Shown: piece after piece, positions 16,039 through 21,131 of the stretch
Position numbering within the stretch: the stretch's first letter is position 1
Layout: the number at the start of each line of letters is the position of its first letter
NCBI GenBank assembly: GCA_041500405.1
Contig: JBGQMB010000017.1
Location: 1-21,131, forward strand
Reading direction: 5' to 3'
DNA: 21,131 nt
From: Candidatus Micrarchaeia archaeon
GTDB lineage: Archaea; Micrarchaeota; Micrarchaeia; Anstonellales; J096
Position numbers and translations under genes: made by a program
Notes under the pieces: generated by a model
What the model saw: the letters and a program-made list of their open reading frames with translations, nothing else
Told to the model about the DNA's origin: nothing
Databases searched by the model: none

Positions 16039-17031
16039 ATGAGGATTCTTGGCATAGAGTCTACCGCGCACACGCTCGGCATCGGCGTCTTCGATGGCAG
16101 AAAGGGCGTGCTTTCCAACGCGCTGTTCCGCTACCAGCCTTCGGACGGCGGAATCCTCCCCAGAGATGCGGCGGATTCCCATAGCCGGCATTTCGCATCC
16201 GTGCTTTCGCAGTCGCTTTCAGACGCTTGCCTTTCGCTTTCGGACATCGACGCTGTCGCTGTTGCGCAGGGGCCAGGCATCGGAGCGCCCTTGAGTTTCG
16301 GCGTAAGCATGGCCCGTTTTCTATCGTCATACCTGGGCGTTCCCATAATCGGCGTCAACCACCCTTATGCGCACATCAAGATAGCGGAGCATTTCGGGAA
16401 AGCGAAAAGGCCGATTATAATATATGTGAGCGGAGGCAACACCCAAATCCTTTTTGAGAACAGGGAGGGATTTTACGACGTGCTTGGCGAAACCCTTGAT
16501 ATGGGGCTTGGAAACCTGTTCGACGTTTTCCTTAGGGAAGCGGGGGAAAGGGAAGCGTACGGCTCCAAGCTTGAGGCAATGGCAAAAGGGGGAAAGTACA
16601 TCAGGATGCCCTATGTCGTCAAGGGGATGAACGTCTCATATTCAGGCCTTTTCACGCACGCAAAAAGGATGATTGGAAAGCACTTGCTGAAGGACATCGC
16701 ATATTCATTGATGGAAACCTCCCTTGCAATGACGGTTGAGATTGCGGAAAGGGCGTTCCACATGAAGGATGCGCAGTGCTTCATGGCATGCGGCGGGGTT
16801 GCGCAGAACACGCGGCTGAAGGAAATGCTCAGCCTGGTCGCAAAGGAGAACAGCGCGCGCTGGTTTGTCGCTCCAAACGAGTACAACGGCGACAACGGCG
16901 CCATGATTGCCTATGCAGGATTTTTGATGCAGAAAAAATACGGCTTCTTTGACTTGAAAGACGTTACGCCTTACCCCGATTACCGGATTGACAGGATGAA
17001 GCCGCTCCTTGAAAAGATGGGAAAGGTCTAG
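16039..17031 (+). CDS. kae1: tRNA N6-threonylcarbamoyltransferase Kae1 (TsaD family, KEOPS), stand-alone
   Basis: ILGIESTAHT, GGILPRDAADSH, QGPG, GVNHPYAHI, YVSGGNTQ, GETLDMGLGN, GGVAQN and DNGAMIA. No fused Bud32 kinase. Confidence 0.93.
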   Translation: MRILGIESTAHTLGIGVFDGRKGVLSNALFRYQPSDGGILPRDAADSHSRHFASVLSQSLSDACLSLSDIDAVAVAQGPGIGAPLSFGVSMARFLSSYLGVPIIGVNHPYAHIKIAEHFGKAKRPIIIYVSGGNTQILFENREGFYDVLGETLDMGLGNLFDVFLREAGEREAYGSKLEAMAKGGKYIRMPYVVKGMNVSYSGLFTHAKRMIGKHLLKDIAYSLMETSLAMTVEIAERAFHMKDAQCFMACGGVAQNTRLKEMLSLVAKENSARWFVAPNEYNGDNGAMIAYAGFLMQKKYGFFDLKDVTPYPDYRIDRMKPLLEKMGKV

Positions 17032-18044
17032 CCCTTTATCCTGTACCTTAATTTCGCGATTATGCCGCCAAGGCCCTTGACCTTGTCGCCCCATTCTGTC
17101 TTTGACGAGAATATGAAAATCCTTGAGCCTTCTTCGTCCGCCTTTTTCATCATCGCCTCAATCTCCAGGTCGGTGAGCAGGTCGTCGGAGACCGCAAGCG
17201 TGTCAACAGCGCCCTGCTCCAGCGCGCCGTTCACCTCCTGCTTTCCGTATGCCCCGTACCCGTCTCCCTTGAAGATGTGCTTCGCAAGCTCCTCGTAAAC
17301 CTCGGCCTCCTGCTTCAGCCTTTGCTCTATTATCAGGTTTTCGCTGTCCTCGACTATTTCGCGAAGGCTGCTTGCCTCAACATAGGACGCGGACTTCTTG
17401 ACAGGATTATATCCGTTCGCCTTAAGGTAATCGGAAAAGTAGTCCTTCTCGAACCCGGGGCCTGCCACTATAATATAGGCGCTTTTCGGCATCACGGCAA
17501 GGATGCCCTTGTAAAAGTCCTTTTTCTCCTTGCTTATCTCCTTCTCGCCCATCCTTTTGCTTGCCCTGTTCTCGAAGTTCGCCTTTACCTCAAATCCGTA
17601 GGGGTAAGCGACGGCGGCAAGCGCCTTCCTCTCGTCTATGAGTATTATGTAAACCCTTTCCTTCTTGCTTTCCTTTACAGCTTCATCTATCCTTTCAAGC
17701 TCGTAGTTCATCCATTTGCCCTTTATGATGGTTATGACGTCGCTTTCGGCAACGTCTATGCTGTGGTGCCTGCCAAGCTGTATGAACTCCGCGGGGCTTC
17801 CGCCCTTTATTATGCCAGATATCCTCAGCCTTGAGACATACGGCGAGAACTCTATGCTTTCTGTTTGCAGGGACATGAAAACCGGCTTTTTTTCCTGCTC
17901 CTTCCCGAATTCCACGACCCTATAGGTTTTCGCCTCTATGATGTCGCCTTTTTTCACAACGTGCGTCAAATGCCAGAGGTCCAGCTCGTTGTCTATGCCT
18001 ATCTTGATTGCGCCCTTGTTCAATTCCTTTGAGATGACGTGCAT
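17028..18044 (-). CDS. pelA: Pelota (Dom34) ribosome rescue factor
   Basis: LDLWHL, RLRISGII, GRHHSI, IIVAGPGFEK, AYGKQEV, GAVDTL and GLGGIIAKLRY. Confidence 0.93.
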   Translation of the reverse strand: MHVISKELNKGAIKIGIDNELDLWHLTHVVKKGDIIEAKTYRVVEFGKEQEKKPVFMSLQTESIEFSPYVSRLRISGIIKGGSPAEFIQLGRHHSIDVAESDVITIIKGKWMNYELERIDEAVKESKKERVYIILIDERKALAAVAYPYGFEVKANFENRASKRMGEKEISKEKKDFYKGILAVMPKSAYIIVAGPGFEKDYFSDYLKANGYNPVKKSASYVEASSLREIVEDSENLIIEQRLKQEAEVYEELAKHIFKGDGYGAYGKQEVNGALEQGAVDTLAVSDDLLTDLEIEAMMKKADEEGSRIFIFSSKTEWGDKVKGLGGIIAKLRYRIKG

Positions 18045-18052
18045 GGCAACCC

Positions 18053-18652
18053 CTATATGTAATATGACTGGTAATAATCCTCAACAAGGCTCCTGAGCTT
18101 CAGCTTGGTGTAGATATACCCGAAGAACAGGCCGCCAAGGTGCGCGGCTGACGCTATCCCGCTCCCGACCATGTTGAGCGTCCCCACGAACTCTATGACT
18201 GTCCAAACCACTATCGCGTATTTCATCTTCATCGGGAAAAACCACAGGAAAACAACCGCGTCCGGGAACAGCACCGCCGCGGCAGCCAATATGCCGTAGA
18301 TTGCGCCGCTTGCCCCAAGCGCCGGTATGTCCGGCGTCAATCCGGCCATGTACGCGCCCCAGTAGAATATCGAGCCTATCAGCCCTGCAGCAAGGAATAT
18401 CTTGAAGACTTCCTCGTTGCCGAGCCTCTTCTCGACAAGCGGCCCGAACATGAACAGCGCGAACGCGTTGAAGAACAGGTGCGTAAGCCCGCCGTGCAGG
18501 AAAATGCTCGTCAGCGCCCTCCAGGGCTGGCTGAACATCAATGACGGCACAAAGTCGAACGCCTCAGTGAATCCCGGAACAGCGCCCTGGATGATGAAAA
18601 CAAGGATCAGTATCCCGAGCAGCGGCATCGTGCCCAAAGCCGGAAACCTCAT
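18053..18652 (-). CDS. Rhomboid family intramembrane serine protease
   Basis: QPWRALTSIFLH, HLFFN, catalytic GASGA, AHLGG and about 6 TM helices. TGATG overlap with the ppsA stop. Confidence 0.92.
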   Translation of the reverse strand: MRFPALGTMPLLGILILVFIIQGAVPGFTEAFDFVPSLMFSQPWRALTSIFLHGGLTHLFFNAFALFMFGPLVEKRLGNEEVFKIFLAAGLIGSIFYWGAYMAGLTPDIPALGASGAIYGILAAAAVLFPDAVVFLWFFPMKMKYAIVVWTVIEFVGTLNMVGSGIASAAHLGGLFFGYIYTKLKLRSLVEDYYQSYYI

Positions 18653-21039
18653 CAGGCATCCTTCCTCTTTATAATCTCCCTTAGCATCCTGAGCATGACC
18701 CTCTTTTCCGCGCTTGCGACAATCTTCTTTGTCCGTTCAAACGCGTCGGGGTTGACAGAGACGCTTGTCACGCCGAACTCGATCAGCTTCTCTGTGAGCT
18801 CCGGATAAACGCTTGGCGCCTGCCCGCATATTGAAACTGTTATGTCCCTTGCGTTGCATATCCTCACGACCTGCTCTATCGCGTTCATCACGGCCTCGTT
18901 CCTCTCGTCGAAGTCCCTTCCAAGCACAGTGTTGTCCCTGTCTATGCCCAGTATGAGCTGGGTCAGGTCGTTGCTCCCTATGCTTACGCCGTCTATTCCC
19001 ACGTCAATGAACTTGTCAAGCAGGAAGACCGTGCTCGGCACCTCGACCATTATCCAAAGCTTGAAGTCCTTTGTCCTATACATGCCCATCGAGTGCATGA
19101 TGTCCTTTATCGACTTCAATTCGCCGACCCTTCTTACGAACGGTATCATGAGCCAGACGTTCCTGAGCGCGTACTCATCTATCACTTTCTTGACTGCCTC
19201 AAGCTCCATCTTGAACACTTCCGGCTCCTTGATGTACCTTGATGCGCCCCTGAACCCTATCATCGGGTTCTCCTCTTCCGCCTCGTACTTGTCCCCGCCT
19301 TCAAGGTGCTTGTATTCGTTTGTCTTGAAGTCAGTTGCCCTGTAAACAACGGGCCTTGGGTGGAACGCGCCAGCCACTTTTGCTATCTCCGCCGCAAGCG
19401 TGTCAATGAACTCCTGCCTTTTCCCTTCCTCAAGGAACTTCTTCGGGTGCTTGCCCATGTTCGCAATCACGAACTCGGCCCTCATCAGCCCAACGCCGTC
19501 CGTTGACAGGTGCGAAATCTTGTCCGCCAAGTCCGGCTGCGCCAGATTGACATACACCTTGGTTGCTGTGGAAGGTATGAACTCGGACTGGACCATCGTG
19601 GGCTTTATCTCCTTCTTTTCAGCGCCCGACGTTATCACGTTTCCCCTGTAGACCAATCCGCTCCTGCCGTCAACCGTTATCTCCATTCCCTCCGATATCT
19701 CCTTTGTCGCGCGGCTCGTTCCAACGACACATGGTATGCCCAGCTCCCTTGACACGATTGCGGCGTGGCTTGTTATGCCGCCCTCGTCCGTGACTATCGC
19801 GGCTGCCTTCTTCATTGCAGGCACGTAATCCGGGCTTGTCATTGCCGCGACAAGGATGTCTCCGCTCTTGACCTTGCCGATTTCCTCAGGCCCCTTCAGG
19901 ACCTTTGCCTTTCCGGCCGCTATTCCCGGCGATGCCGGAAGCCCCTTCAGTATTACCTCGGGCTTCTGCCCGCTGCTTGCCGGCGTTGGCTCCGGCTCTG
20001 ACAAAACGCCCTTATCCTCAATCATTGACATCGGTTTCGACCCCCTGATTACCGGCATTATCTCGGCTTTCCTGTCCTTTAGCGTTGTTATGTTCCTTGA
20101 CTGCACGATGTACAGCCTGTTCCCGTCAATCGCCCATTCAATGTCCTGGGGCGCCTTGTAATGGTCCTCGATGAACTTCCCTATCTTTGCAAGCTCCTTT
20201 ATTTCCTGGTCGTCAAGCTTCTGCCTCTTCATTATGAGCGGGTCCAGCTTTTCCTCCTTTGTGCCGCCCTGCGCATCCCTTATGACCATGAAATCCTGTG
20301 ATGCCACTTCCTTGCTTGCTATGCTGAAATCGGATTTTCTTATCTTGTATGTGTCGGGCGTGACCTCTCCGGAGACTACCGTTTCCCCAAGGCCGTATGC
20401 CGCCTCTATGACCATGATGTTCTTGTCCTGGCTTACAGGGTCTACGGTGAACATGACGCCTGCCCTGTCCGCGCTTACGAGCTTTTGGACCACTGCGGCA
20501 AGCCCGACCTTCATGTGCTCGAAGTTGTTTTGCACCCTGTAGAAAATCGCCCTTGCCTCGTACAGCGACGCCCAGCACTCCTTCACCGCGTTTATGACGT
20601 CTTCCTCGCCTTTCATGTTGAGGAACGTCTTTTGCTGGCCTGCGAAGCTTGCCTCTGGCAAGTCCTCTGCAGTTGCGGAGCTCCTTACCGCGGTTGCGAC
20701 AGTTTCCCTTTCAAGCTGGCACATCCTTTCGTACGCGTCCGCTATCTCCTTTCTCATGTCTTCGGGGATTTCCCCGTTGATTATCATTGCTTCTATCTTC
20801 TTTGACGCTGAATTCAATACCGTGCTGTCATTGACGTCCAATCCGTCCAGCACGCCCCTCATTGCGCTTTCCAGATGGTTTACCTTGAGGAATTCGAAAT
20901 ACGCATTGCTTGTGACTATGAACCCAGGCGGTATCGGGAAGTTCGCCCTCGTCATCTCGCCGAGGTTCGCGCCCTTGCCTCCCGCAATGCCGACATCATT
21001 TTTCGTGATTTCGTCGAACCATTTGATGTATTTTCCCAT
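18652..21039 (-). CDS. ppsA: Phosphoenolpyruvate synthase (pyruvate, water dikinase)
   Basis: GGKGANLGEM, AVRSSATAEDLPEASFAGQ, DIEWA, phospho-His motif GGITSHAAIVSRE, ENPMIGFRG, SIGSNDLTQ and ICGQAPS. Confidence 0.96.
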   Translation of the reverse strand: MGKYIKWFDEITKNDVGIAGGKGANLGEMTRANFPIPPGFIVTSNAYFEFLKVNHLESAMRGVLDGLDVNDSTVLNSASKKIEAMIINGEIPEDMRKEIADAYERMCQLERETVATAVRSSATAEDLPEASFAGQQKTFLNMKGEEDVINAVKECWASLYEARAIFYRVQNNFEHMKVGLAAVVQKLVSADRAGVMFTVDPVSQDKNIMVIEAAYGLGETVVSGEVTPDTYKIRKSDFSIASKEVASQDFMVIRDAQGGTKEEKLDPLIMKRQKLDDQEIKELAKIGKFIEDHYKAPQDIEWAIDGNRLYIVQSRNITTLKDRKAEIMPVIRGSKPMSMIEDKGVLSEPEPTPASSGQKPEVILKGLPASPGIAAGKAKVLKGPEEIGKVKSGDILVAAMTSPDYVPAMKKAAAIVTDEGGITSHAAIVSRELGIPCVVGTSRATKEISEGMEITVDGRSGLVYRGNVITSGAEKKEIKPTMVQSEFIPSTATKVYVNLAQPDLADKISHLSTDGVGLMRAEFVIANMGKHPKKFLEEGKRQEFIDTLAAEIAKVAGAFHPRPVVYRATDFKTNEYKHLEGGDKYEAEEENPMIGFRGASRYIKEPEVFKMELEAVKKVIDEYALRNVWLMIPFVRRVGELKSIKDIMHSMGMYRTKDFKLWIMVEVPSTVFLLDKFIDVGIDGVSIGSNDLTQLILGIDRDNTVLGRDFDERNEAVMNAIEQVVRICNARDITVSICGQAPSVYPELTEKLIEFGVTSVSVNPDAFERTKKIVASAEKRVMLRMLREIIKRKDA

Positions 21040-21131
21040 AACCGCACCTGGTTTATCTTGCGCTGGCTTGTTTAAAAAGGTTTATTGTTTTCCTCGTCTG
21101 TATATCCACATTTGACTGCTAATTGTAAAAT

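Overview
A compact archaeal chromosomal segment. The archaeal call rests on LonB with a membrane insertion, FtsZ2, pelota, stand-alone Kae1, an aSelBL-like factor, TATA-box promoters and GGTGA ribosome-binding sites. Dense gene packing plus gyrase suggests a DPANN lineage such as Micrarchaeota, which is inference only. In order, the window holds: the 3' part of a large membrane-anchored surface glycoprotein (RCC1-like repeats plus Ig-like domains), a SelB-like factor with a degenerate G-domain, an M24 Xaa-Pro peptidase, a small TM2-like membrane protein, gyrB interrupted by a 432-aa AT-rich HNH-type intein, a 747-aa multi-pass lipoprotein with a possible Roadblock-like C-terminus, LonB, Mre11 coupled to a small ankyrin-repeat protein, FtsZ2, a divergent RHH/PIN (VapBC-like) pair with a degenerate PIN site, tRNA-Val(CAC), Kae1, pelota, a rhomboid protease and PEP synthase. 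The most unusual signals are a hairpin upstream of the tRNA that duplicates the tRNA's 5' end, the receptor-like lipoprotein upstream of gyrB, the repeat-rich promoter shared by ftsZ2 and the degenerate VapBC pair, and the gyrB intein. No CRISPR array, transposase or integrase was seen. All family calls are from motif recognition, not database searches.
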